This document shows positions 1-8,882 of a stretch of 64,000 bases of DNA, in pieces. The notes below the pieces were generated by a model. The model saw only the letters and a list, made by a program, of their open reading frames with translations, was not told the DNA's origin and ran no database searches. Numbering within the stretch: the first letter of the stretch is position 1; every line of letters begins with the position of its first letter. The DNA is from a bacterium (GTDB lineage: Bacteria; UBA8248), in contig OZ253442.1 of NCBI GenBank assembly GCA_965261085.1, positions 352,001 to 416,000 on the forward strand. Direction: 5' to 3'. Made by a program: the position numbers and the translations under genes.

Positions 1-80
1 GAGAAAATTGACGAGTCATCTCTTGACAACTTGATAACGATGCTCATTCCGAGGTCTGGCTTGTTCCCTGTAGTATTTTT

Positions 81-581
81 TCATTTTGTACTTGGATAGA
101 CTGCCTTTTTACTATTGTCGTGCCACGGATCATACCAAAGTATTTGGCACACTTGCCCAGCCCGGATTCCATACAACCTTTCTCTGGAATTGATTCTTAA
201 AGACACGATTGTTTCGATGTCATCTTCTTTAATATCTTTGAGTCTTTTCTTCGCAACTGAAGAGAGTTTCGAAACGAGAATCGGATGATTATTGTTGCCT
301 TGCCTTCGGCCACCGCTTGCCTGATATAACTCGGCCCAAGTCATGGTCTCCCAGTTTGAAATTGTCTCATCAATTAGTTGTCTAAAATCAAGATTCTCGC
401 ATGCGCCAATACCCCATGGGCTATCCCAATCAATCTTGCCCAAATGCCAGCAAATCGGCAAATGATCATAAGGCTGTCTTTCTTTGTCCTGGCGAACTTG
501 CTTGGGAGATTTTAGATTTGAATCACTGGAAGTTGTGGGAATTTTTTTTGACTTTGCTTGACTATTCCTGGATCGAGCCAT
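81..581 (-). CDS. Putative toxin (PanT-type, possibly RelE-like fold) paired with Panacea antitoxin
   Basis: 166 aa, overlaps the stop of the upstream Panacea gene by 20 nt; basic protein with C-terminal 'SLRINSRERLYGIR..ILWYDPWH..VYPS' pattern; AT-rich. Confidence 0.6.
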   Translation of the reverse strand: MARSRNSQAKSKKIPTTSSDSNLKSPKQVRQDKERQPYDHLPICWHLGKIDWDSPWGIGACENLDFRQLIDETISNWETMTWAELYQASGGRRQGNNNHPILVSKLSSVAKKRLKDIKEDDIETIVSLRINSRERLYGIRAGQVCQILWYDPWHDNSKKAVYPSTK

Positions 582-993
582 AATACTCTGCTAGTGATTC
601 ATGTGAAATAACTTCATCACCCCTCTCCCTCGTCGGGATGTCCTTCCTCGCATTCTTCCAGGGAGGCTCAGAATGCGTAAGATCACTCAGTTGCTGACCG
701 CTAAATTCCCCATAATGGGCCACCACAACATTTATAGTTTCTCGCTCGCTTTCGGACAGCGCGTCGGCATTAGCTCGAACTGTTGATACAGAGAAAGCAC
801 CTTTATGCCTTTTATATAGGTCAGGGCACACTGGTCCATTCGCCCATGCCTGAATATCTTCAGGAAACAAAGGTTCTTCATCCCAGACGAGATGCCAAGC
901 CTGCGCATAATAAATAAGTTTTTGAAGTTTCCATGTGGAGATCTTGCCAGTTTTCGACAGAATGTACTCGGCGACATCGTAAACCGACGCCAT
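562..993 (-). CDS. Panacea-domain (DUF4065/SocA-like) antitoxin
   Basis: MASVYDVAEYIL..KLQKLIYYAQAW..IQAWANGPV..LTHSEPPW motifs; ATG at 993 preceded by GGGGAGGGG RBS (ORF-track start 1092 is probably too long). Confidence 0.9.
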   Translation of the reverse strand: MASVYDVAEYILSKTGKISTWKLQKLIYYAQAWHLVWDEEPLFPEDIQAWANGPVCPDLYKRHKGAFSVSTVRANADALSESERETINVVVAHYGEFSGQQLSDLTHSEPPWKNARKDIPTRERGDEVISHESLAEYYGSIQE

Positions 994-1175
994 AATCCCC
1001 TCCCCCTTTTGTTTTACGCAATAACTTATTTTGACATATCCCCGCGCCACAGGGCAAGGGGGACCATCAGGCAAACCTGATGGGTAGCTCAATGAAAATA
1101 CTCGATAAACCCAACAATGTCGATATCTTATCCAGGAACGCGCCTGAGGGAAGCGGATGCGCTCAGCATGATCCG

Positions 1176-1970
1176 TCAGATCGAATACATCTCTCCCCCG
1201 TCGACCTGCAGCGCCGCGCCTGTGATGTAGCTCGCACGCTCGCTGGCGAGAAAGGCCACCGCCGCCGCGAATTCCTCCGCCTCTCCCAGGCGGCCGATGG
1301 CGATGTCCTTCACCACCTCGGCGTAGACTTCTTCCTCGGTGCGGCCGCTTTCTTGGACCATCTTCGCGATGCGCTCGGGCCAGTGGGTGGAAAACCGCCC
1401 CGGGTTCACGATGTTCACCAGAATCCCGTCGCGCACGAACTCACCCGCCAGGGATTTCGTGAAATTGAGCAGCGCCGCCTTCGATGCGTTCGATACCACG
1501 CGGCGGGGCCTGGGCTGACGGCTGCTCGTGGAGCCGGTCATGATAATGCGGCCCCACTTTTGTTTTTGCATATAGGGAATCACCAGACGGCTGAACTCGG
1601 ACGCCGCATAGAGGATGCTGCCCATGGAACGCTCCCAGTCGCCGCGCTCAACGTCGAGAAAATCCTTTGTCGTGCTCACGCCTGCGTTGCTCACGAGAAT
1701 GTGGACGGCGCCGAAAAGGGCGACCGTCTCCTCCACCACGCGGGCGATGTCTTCGGGGACGCTTACGTCGCAGCGCATGGCGCGCACCACGCCCTCCGAG
1801 ACCGACTGGATAACTTGTTTGGCCGCCGCCAGACGCTCCTCGTTCCGCGCGCAGATGCAGACGTCGCAGCCTTCCCGCGCGAGTTCCTTGGCGATGGCAA
1901 GACCCAGACCCGCGCTCCCGCCGGTGATGATGGCGGCTTTCCCGTGAAGTCCCAAATCCATTTTGTTCAT
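1176..1970 (-). CDS. Short-chain dehydrogenase/reductase (SDR)
   Basis: TGGSAGLG, SNAG, VNPG, VDGG motifs; YxxxK appears as SNASK. Confidence 0.9.
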   Translation of the reverse strand: MNKMDLGLHGKAAIITGGSAGLGLAIAKELAREGCDVCICARNEERLAAAKQVIQSVSEGVVRAMRCDVSVPEDIARVVEETVALFGAVHILVSNAGVSTTKDFLDVERGDWERSMGSILYAASEFSRLVIPYMQKQKWGRIIMTGSTSSRQPRPRRVVSNASKAALLNFTKSLAGEFVRDGILVNIVNPGRFSTHWPERIAKMVQESGRTEEEVYAEVVKDIAIGRLGEAEEFAAAVAFLASERASYITGAALQVDGGEMYSI

Positions 1971-2075
1971 CCCTTTTTTGAAGATATGCGAAACAAGCCC
2001 GAGAATGATTGAGAATGCGCATACGCCCCCTTATAATCCACGCATTCCATCGTCCGCCACCTGAAGGGAGAAAAA

Positions 2076-2348
2076 ATGACGGAGCGCGCCGATTTCCGCC
2101 AGTTCTACCGCGACGCCCACAAAGTGGACCTCCTCACCGACCGCGAGAAAACACTCATCGGCCTGGCCATCGCCATCGTGCGCAACTGCCAGCCGTGAGT
2201 GGACCGCCGCCTGGCGGACGCCGGGAAAGCGGGCATCGCAGAGGAGACGCTCGACGCCACCTTCGACTTGACGGCCGCCGTCATGGCGGGGGTCGCCCAG
2301 AGCATGAACCAGCGCTCCAAGGCTTCTCGCAGCCAAGGCGATTCCTAG
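2076..2348 (+). CDS. AhpD/carboxymuconolactone-decarboxylase-like selenoprotein (CxxU), in-frame UGA at 2196-2198
   Basis: Hand translation MTERADFRQFYRDAHKVDLLTDREKTLIGLAIAIVRNCQP-U-VDRRLADAGKAGIAEETLDATFDLTAAVMAG...; GAAGGGAG RBS; CMD-type pattern continues past the UGA; hairpin downstream. Confidence 0.8.
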
Positions 2349-2358
2349 AGATCTCCCC

Positions 2359-2910
2359 ATGAAGAACCGGTTCAAGAAATTCCTGGATTTCGACGACCCG
2401 AACAAGCTCATGCCGTGGAAGGACAAAAGCCCCGAACCCCAAGGGGAGGAGCCTGAGGATCGCCCCGAAATCGCCATCAAACCGGCCTGGTATTTCGCGA
2501 TGTATTTCATCATGGGCGTGGGGTTCGACACCCTGTTTCCCACCAACGTCTTCCCCGAGAAAGTGCGCTTCATGCTCGGGGCGGGGCTGGTGCTCGCAGG
2601 CGCGATTCTCAATTCAACCTCTTTGGCGCGCTTCAGGAAAGCCCACACGAACCATGCGACAGATGCGCCCGCGCGCGTCCTCATCACGGACGGCCCCTAT
2701 AGCTTCTCGCGAAACCCGATCTATCTCGGCTTCATGTGCCTCTACATGGGTCTCGGGATTTTTCTCAACAATCTTTGGATATTCGTTCTGGGAGCGCCGC
2801 TGGTCGCCACGATTCAGGCCGTGATTATCACGCGCGAGGAGGATTACCTCGCGGGAAAATTCGGTGAGGAATACGGCGACTACTGCCGGAACGTGCGCCG
2901 CTGGTTGTAG
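2359..2910 (+). CDS. Isoprenylcysteine carboxyl methyltransferase / PEMT-family membrane protein
   Basis: LITDGPYSFSRNPIYLG and EEDYLAGKFGEEYGDYCRNVRRW motifs. Confidence 0.9.
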   Translation: MKNRFKKFLDFDDPNKLMPWKDKSPEPQGEEPEDRPEIAIKPAWYFAMYFIMGVGFDTLFPTNVFPEKVRFMLGAGLVLAGAILNSTSLARFRKAHTNHATDAPARVLITDGPYSFSRNPIYLGFMCLYMGLGIFLNNLWIFVLGAPLVATIQAVIITREEDYLAGKFGEEYGDYCRNVRRWL

Positions 2911-3311
2911 GGGTTGTTGGAAAGGACCTGGTTTAATCGGAATTCTTCCCCCCGGCGCGGCTGTGTATTTCACCCTTGAACAGCATTGCCAACTGACGCG
3001 AAAGAAGAGAACCGCATCCACTTTGTGATCAAACCCGACCGTGTAGAAAAGAAGTTCACTCCCCCCTTGAGGGGGAGTCGAAGAGCTAAGGGGGAATGCC
3101 CGCAAGCGATTCGGTGGGGGGAGAGTTCCGACTGATGGAAGAAGTATTCCTGCGACCGAGGACAGAGGATTTCCTGCAATAAAAAGCTCCCCTCACCGAG
3201 TCAGCCTTCACCTGTCGGTTCGGCTTCCTCGACTCCCCCTCAAGGGGGGAGTGAACTTCAAAAGCGTGCATGAAACCCAAAATCGCTTCTCGGAGGTTTC
3301 CCAACAACCCC
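2910..3311. mobile_element. MITE-like non-autonomous element with internal REP-like palindromes
   Basis: Inverted ends GGGGTTGTTGGAAA / TTTCCCAACAACCCC; internal CTCCCCCCTTGAGGGGGAG and CTCCCCCTCAAGGGGGGAG palindromes; no transposase. Confidence 0.65.
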
Positions 3312-3583
3312 TCTAGCGCGGCTCACTCGAAAAGGGCCTTGTATCATTTTGAATTATTTATAACGATTTTATTTATAGGCACTTAGGAGGAAAGGACTAA
3401 AAAATATTAACAGGTTTTATTGGAAAAGAGTTAACTCGTGTTCAGTATTATTTATGGAGTGAAAAACATCGTTTTGACGTGCGCACATAAAAAAGTAGTC
3501 TCACCCCATTTGGCCGCGATCTTACAATGATTCAACAAGCACTTGTATGGGCACTTGAACCTAGAAGATGCGCCCCTCCGTTA

Positions 3584-3801
3584 GATGGTGAGTTTTTTGC
3601 CGTTAATAAGTTGGTTGCTGAGATGAAAATGATCCTGATTATGCAGCAGCTTTTGAGGCTAAGCCTACATCTGGTGCTGGTAGTCCTGCGGGTGGTGGGC
3701 GTAACTTGCCTCCAGAAAGCCGTGGCGGTAAGCCAGGAGAGGAAAAAACCTCTTTGGAAAAAATTCGGAGTGGTCTTGACAGTTTTATTGGTGAAAATTA
3801 G
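3584..3801 (+). pseudogene. Frameshifted C-terminal fragment resembling a phage capsid scaffolding protein
   Basis: DGEFFAVNKLVAEMK then a frame change at AAAA 3626-3629 to NDPDYAAAFEAKPTSGAGSPAGGG...KTSLEKIRSGLDSFIGEN*. Confidence 0.45.
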
Positions 3802-3946
3802 AGCGATTCGTTATAAGATTCTCTCAGGGGTTAATTGCTTTATACTGAGGTATTGACACAATATGACACAGGTGAATACGATTAAGAATCCAGGTATCTA
3901 TTTTCACGCCCGGAATAAAGGGAGTGTTACAGATAGGTAGAATAGA

Positions 3947-4642
3947 ATGAAACCGAAAGTAAAAGATGTCTTGAATGCAAGCGTAGTTTTTCGTGGTATA
4001 GAATTGCTCAACACTCAAGAAATGATAGATAAATTCAAGAATGATGTGCAGTCTGAAGTGATTTTGAATGCTGGCACATTTCTTGGAGTACAAGCTGACG
4101 CCTCTCTGGCTATAGGACGATCTTTTTCGTTTACAAAAGACCGGATAGAAATTCAATCTGCTAAAAATCAATCAATTTGTAGACTTGAGTATCCCAAAAT
4201 AGAATTCCTTGGCCGTTTAGCAGAAATTGCACACTTATCAATTAAAAATACCTTTCCCCTAACTTATGGAAAAATAATTCCTATCGGGTACAATGTTGAA
4301 TTGCTCTATGATCTTTTGTCTGAATCTGAAAGATCGGCTTACCAATATATTGCTAGGAGAATCTTTTCTCCTTTTAAGGATGAATTTAATTGGGGGTTAA
4401 TTGGTGGTACTGGTAAATTTTCCTTTAATGAACTTTATAAGGAAGACTATCAGCGATGGAATGTGCAAATTGAGCCTCGTTTTAATCAAGAAGATACTTC
4501 GACAATATTTCTCGCCACAAATTTACATTTCAATAATATTGAGCTACCAAAAACCAAAGAGGAAATTTTAAATTCACTAAACAGAGTGTGGGAACAAGCT
4601 CATAAGCTTGTAGAAAGAATTGATGAAAATGTCGATAACTAA
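3947..4642 (+). CDS. Cassette 1 gene A: uncharacterised ~230-aa protein (TIGR04255-like)
   Basis: AT-rich ORF; shares SVV, IG(Y/I)N and N(L/I)H motifs and length with 32095..32787. Confidence 0.7.
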   Translation: MKPKVKDVLNASVVFRGIELLNTQEMIDKFKNDVQSEVILNAGTFLGVQADASLAIGRSFSFTKDRIEIQSAKNQSICRLEYPKIEFLGRLAEIAHLSIKNTFPLTYGKIIPIGYNVELLYDLLSESERSAYQYIARRIFSPFKDEFNWGLIGGTGKFSFNELYKEDYQRWNVQIEPRFNQEDTSTIFLATNLHFNNIELPKTKEEILNSLNRVWEQAHKLVERIDENVDN

Positions 4643-5378
4643 CGAAACGATGCGGCCAATCAATAGTAATGAATCCCTCTGGAATGAAGGTTCGTATCCC
4701 ACTGAAGCCCCAAAAATGAGGCGGCTGGATAATCTTTACGATTTTTCTAATGTGGATAATTGGACGACAAAACAGAATGAGGATTCTCATATCTTAGATA
4801 AAATCCGTTCATTTTCCGAATTGCCTGATGGATGGCATTACGGAGAAGGTCGCGGAGCTACTGAACAAGCTCAAGAGATGGCTAAAATGATTTGCTCGCA
4901 ACTACCAGAGTTTGGGATAGACATTAAATTATTCCCAGGCATTTATGGAGGCATTACTATTTTTGGATGCCGAGACAGTCACTTTTTTGAAATATTTTGC
5001 AGTGAAGATGGTTTGATTGATATTTTGCACGAATTTGAAGGAAACACATTATCTGAACAGGATGACAAATCATTGGGTGAAGCAATTCAATATTTGAGGG
5101 ACCAATTGTGGGATGCGGAATCTTGGATGGAAAGCTTTTTGAAGGAGAAATCATTAGGCTTCTCAACCCTTTATTATTCGACGAAGAACTACAACGATTT
5201 ACAAGCAATGCTTTTACCGGGTCATCAAAAGACGGCGGTATATCAGTTTTCTCTACAGAATGCGCCCGAAGATGCAGCGGTTCTGAATGCCGACACATTT
5301 GTCGTTACTACTCAAATTTTAACCCACCCATCCTATGGAGAATACTTTCCAGCGAGTTACCTTCAACCGCAGAATTAA
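4620..5378 (+). CDS. Cassette 1 gene B: uncharacterised protein (start may be ATG 4623 or 4629)
   Basis: Overlaps gene A stop; ELPDGWHYGEG..A..LFPGIYGGITI core parallels 32784..33488; C-terminal ~90 codons overlap gene C. Confidence 0.65.
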   Translation: MMKMSITNETMRPINSNESLWNEGSYPTEAPKMRRLDNLYDFSNVDNWTTKQNEDSHILDKIRSFSELPDGWHYGEGRGATEQAQEMAKMICSQLPEFGIDIKLFPGIYGGITIFGCRDSHFFEIFCSEDGLIDILHEFEGNTLSEQDDKSLGEAIQYLRDQLWDAESWMESFLKEKSLGFSTLYYSTKNYNDLQAMLLPGHQKTAVYQFSLQNAPEDAAVLNADTFVVTTQILTHPSYGEYFPASYLQPQN

Positions 5379-5557
5379 TAGCTGAGCCGTCGATAACTGG
5401 CGATCCATGTCATTTAAATATAATCAATATAACTAAGGGCCAAAGCAGGAACATAGTTAAAACAATTAAACTTAATGAATTAGATATTTGTGATGGATGC
5501 GAGTATCGACCCTTGACCCAAGAGGATATAAATAATTTTGAGAAATTATCCACTTAA
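5108..5557 (+). CDS. Cassette 1 gene C: putative ART-fold-like toxin
   Basis: GTG start with GAGGG RBS; EIIR..NAF..GISVF..PSITGDPCHLNI parallels 33485..33928. Confidence 0.6.
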   Translation: MGCGILDGKLFEGEIIRLLNPLLFDEELQRFTSNAFTGSSKDGGISVFSTECARRCSGSECRHICRYYSNFNPPILWRILSSELPSTAELIAEPSITGDPCHLNIINITKGQSRNIVKTIKLNELDICDGCEYRPLTQEDINNFEKLST

Positions 5558-5644
5558 GTAAAAGACTCATTGGCAATCCGTATAAGTACTGTAAGTGCCT
5601 ACAAGTAAAAGCATTATCAATATTTCAAAATGATACAAAGCCCG

Positions 5645-5679
5645 AAAAGAAAAGAGGCCGCCCCCGGCGGGGCGGCCTC
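5645..5679 (-). terminator. Rho-independent terminator of the PPC-domain gene
   Basis: GAGGCCGCCC/GGGCGGCCTC stem followed by a T-rich run on the minus strand. Confidence 0.75.
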
Positions 5680-5714
5680 GTGAAGCATCCTTCTTACGAT
5701 TGATTCTCTTAAGA

Positions 5715-6320
5715 CTAACGCACACCCTTGGGCTTGGGACGCGCCTTGCGTTTCGCCATCGCTTTTTTCATGTCGGCGCTCGATTTCCCGTTCGTCTCGA
5801 TGCCGTAGACCTCGCCCACGCGGGTGTGCTTGTCCATCAGGCGCATGAAGGAGATATCCGACAACTCGGCCAGCACCATCTCGCACGTGCTGAAAATGGT
5901 GCATCCCTCGACCAGGTGACCACCGAAGCACGTCGCTTCGGGCCGGCCCATCGATATGGTGGCGTGGGCGTGGAGGTAGGGCTCCCCCGCCTCGGTCTGG
6001 GTGATGTTCCCGCTCATCTGCAAAAGCTCGAGCGGGCCGTTGATGGGCGTAAAGATGCGGCACTCATCGTTGATGGGAAACGGGTCGGGGAACTGCCAGA
6101 CGTTTCTGAGCACCGCTTTTTGCAAGCTAGCCGCCACGCTCAGGATGACGCCCGCCTTCACGCCCTTCTCCTGGCATATCTTGAGCGTCGTGCCGAACAG
6201 ATCATCGCCCGGCGCCATGCGGATGGCCAGGACACGGCCGATGCCCGCCTCGCCCACGTCGTAGCGGGCCTTGCGGGTCTTCCAGTTGGAATTATCGAAA
6301 TTCGTCAATTTTTTCGCCAT
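5715..6320 (-). CDS. PPC-domain (DUF296) protein
   Basis: RMAPGDDL, ELLQMSGNI, YLHAHATIS, FGGHL motifs. Confidence 0.85.
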   Translation of the reverse strand: MAKKLTNFDNSNWKTRKARYDVGEAGIGRVLAIRMAPGDDLFGTTLKICQEKGVKAGVILSVAASLQKAVLRNVWQFPDPFPINDECRIFTPINGPLELLQMSGNITQTEAGEPYLHAHATISMGRPEATCFGGHLVEGCTIFSTCEMVLAELSDISFMRLMDKHTRVGEVYGIETNGKSSADMKKAMAKRKARPKPKGVR

Positions 6321-6453
6321 GGATACTCATTCTCCTTAAAAAGGTCTCTCGCCTCGCCTGTGAAAAGATGCGTTGAGTACAAAATTTTCGGGGTTATATC
6401 ATGCCGGACGTCGGCGCGCATTCTAAATCCGATCGCGCGAAATGAAAACCGCC

Positions 6454-7737
6454 TCAAAGGCTCGGCGCCTCGTAGCGGATTTCCCCGCCCGTGACGGTGC
6501 AGACGACGAACGCGCCCGCATCAAATACGCTGCCGAGGTTCAAACCGCCTAAACCGCGAGGCGGACATACGACGCAAAAATCAGCCGCGCCACCCGGCTT
6601 CAAGACGCCCAGGTTATCGAAGCCGAGCGCCTCGGCGCCTGAGCGCGTGCACATTTCCAGCAACTCGGCGTCGCTTATCTCCACATCCGTCTCGCGTAGC
6701 GCGCGAGCCTCATCCAGAAGCGAGAGGGTGGGGCTGCTCGCCAGGCTGTCGGTACCCAGGCACAAATCCAGCCCCGCCTCGCGCATGCGCGCCGCATCGG
6801 CGAAGGGATGGCCGAAAAAACGCGCCGAGCGCGGACAAAGACAAACGCGCACCCCGTTCTTCCGGAGGAGCGCCCAGTCTTCCGCGTTCGTCTGGTTCGC
6901 GTGAACGGCCAGAGCGAGGCCATCGAGCGCACCCGCCAGGTCGAGATGGGCGACGGGCCGAAGACCCGAGGGCTTGTAGCCGTCCAGAGAGCCGTTCAAA
7001 TCCCGGTGCACTCTCGCGAGCGCGCCGCCGCCGTCTTGCAAAAATTCGATCTCGTGCGCGCTTTCACCCAGGTGCGTCGCTACGGGCCAGCCTCTCGCTC
7101 TCGCCTCATTCAACACCACGCGGTATAGGGCGAGCGACGCGGTGTAGGGCGCATGGGGACTCAGGCCATGCCGGACGGCGTTCGGAATCGCGCCTTTGTA
7201 TTCCGGGAAAAGGTCGCAGGCTTCGAGCTTTTCCGCCAGAATCTCATCCGCCCGGGCCGGGTCGAGACCCAGCACCTCGTGGAACACCACGCCGCGCATT
7301 CCAGCGCCTGAAATCGCCGTCGCGCTCTCCCCCGAGATGGAGACGTCGCCCACGCAGGTGACGCCCGCCGCCAGACTCGCGGCAACGCCGATCTGCGCCG
7401 ATGCCAGAAAAAGATGCGCGGGCCAGCCTCTCATCTCGCGTACGAGCGAGACTATCCACTCCTCCATCGGGCCGGGTTTGCGCTTTAGACCTGAGAGTTC
7501 CAGGTGCGTGTGCGCGTTGACGAGGCCGGGAATCAGTATAGCGCGCCCGAAATCGCGCTCCTCTGCCACCGGCACACTGGGGCGAACGAAGGCCTCATCC
7601 CCCACCGCCAGAATCCGGCCCGAGGACGTGAGCAGCGCGCCGCGCCTGATGGGCGGCCCTTCCACCGGGCACACGAGGTCCGCCAGCCAAAGCTCCATTT
7701 TCTGCGTTCGGGGCGTTCGGGGCGATTCCGTCGTCAC
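6454..7737 (-). CDS. Amidohydrolase, probable aminodeoxyfutalosine deaminase
   Basis: PGLVNAHTHLE, SPHAPY, THLGES, LGTDS; directly downstream of mqnC. Confidence 0.75.
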   Translation of the reverse strand: MTTESPRTPRTQKMELWLADLVCPVEGPPIRRGALLTSSGRILAVGDEAFVRPSVPVAEERDFGRAILIPGLVNAHTHLELSGLKRKPGPMEEWIVSLVREMRGWPAHLFLASAQIGVAASLAAGVTCVGDVSISGESATAISGAGMRGVVFHEVLGLDPARADEILAEKLEACDLFPEYKGAIPNAVRHGLSPHAPYTASLALYRVVLNEARARGWPVATHLGESAHEIEFLQDGGGALARVHRDLNGSLDGYKPSGLRPVAHLDLAGALDGLALAVHANQTNAEDWALLRKNGVRVCLCPRSARFFGHPFADAARMREAGLDLCLGTDSLASSPTLSLLDEARALRETDVEISDAELLEMCTRSGAEALGFDNLGVLKPGGAADFCVVCPPRGLGGLNLGSVFDAGAFVVCTVTGGEIRYEAPSL

Positions 7738-7751
7738 GAGAGAGGGAGCTG

Positions 7752-8831
7752 CTAGATCAATTCGTAGAAGAAATTGCGCCGCCTCGGCGTGAAGCCGGCG
7801 TTTCGCGCCATGCGGTGGAGGTCGTCCTCGTTCAGGGCGTAGGTCGTTCCGGCGGCGCTCACGACGTTTTCCTCCAACATGGTGGAGCCCATGTCGTTAC
7901 ATCCGTAGTGGAGCGATATCTCTCCGATCTTCATGCCCTGCGTCACCCAGGAGGATTGAAAGTTCAAGATGTTATCGAGATACAGCCTGCTGATCGCCAG
8001 CATCCGCAAATACTCGCTGCTGCCCACCGTCTGGGCCTTGAGCGCCGCCGCGCCGTCGTTCTGGAACGTCCAGCAGATGTACGCCGTGAATCCTCCCGTC
8101 TCGTCCTGAAGCTCGCGCAGGCGGTGGAGGTGCTCGACCCGCTCCTCATTCGTTTCCACGTGGCCGAACATCATCGTGGCGCTGGAGCGGATGCCCAGAT
8201 TATGGGCGACGCGCATGACCTCGAGCCAGCCCTCCGTATTCACTTTCAGCCTCGATATCGTATCGCGCACGCGGTCGACAAGAATCTCGCCGCCGCCTCC
8301 GGGCACCGAATCGAGACCCGCCGCGCGCAGACGGGTGAGCACCACCTCATAGGGCATGTCTTCGAGCCTGGCGATGTGGTGAATCTCAGGCGGACTCAAG
8401 GCGTGGAGATGAAGGTCCGGAAACTCTCCCTTCATCCAGGAGAAGAGCTCCTCGTACCACTCGATTCGCAAGTCGGGATGGTGCCCCCCCTGGAGCAGAA
8501 TCTGCTTGCCGCCGACGGCGTAGAGCTCGTCCAGTTTTAATCTTATCTCTTCGCGCGTACGGATATAGGCTTCGGGGTGATCCCCCGGCGGGCGGTAGAA
8601 CGCGCAGAACGTGCAGTAGACGTCGCACACGTTCGTGTAGTTGATGTTCCTGTCCACGCAATAGGTGGCGTAGCCCTCGGGATGTAAGCGCGCGCGCACG
8701 TCGTCCGCCGCAGCGCCCAGGGCGACCAAGTCGTCCCCCTCGAGCAGGGCGAGTCCCTCCTCAAAAGAGAGGCGCTCGCCTCCCGCCGCCTTCTCAATCG
8801 CATCGTAAAACGCCGTCGTCGCCGTGGTCAT
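7752..8831 (-). CDS. mqnC: Cyclic dehypoxanthinyl futalosine synthase (radical SAM)
   Basis: DRNINYTNVCDVYCTFCAF, PGGGGEIL, QSSWVTQG, MLEENVVSAAG. Confidence 0.92.
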   Translation of the reverse strand: MTTATTAFYDAIEKAAGGERLSFEEGLALLEGDDLVALGAAADDVRARLHPEGYATYCVDRNINYTNVCDVYCTFCAFYRPPGDHPEAYIRTREEIRLKLDELYAVGGKQILLQGGHHPDLRIEWYEELFSWMKGEFPDLHLHALSPPEIHHIARLEDMPYEVVLTRLRAAGLDSVPGGGGEILVDRVRDTISRLKVNTEGWLEVMRVAHNLGIRSSATMMFGHVETNEERVEHLHRLRELQDETGGFTAYICWTFQNDGAAALKAQTVGSSEYLRMLAISRLYLDNILNFQSSWVTQGMKIGEISLHYGCNDMGSTMLEENVVSAAGTTYALNEDDLHRMARNAGFTPRRRNFFYELI

Positions 8832-8882
8832 GGATTCCTCGGATGAAGTTCAAGCCTTGGGAATAATGCGCGAGAGATATTG

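Noticed and set aside
3527-3856. 109-aa ORF as a real gene
   Set aside because: Its second half reads as an off-frame translation; the alternative frame gives a more protein-like sequence
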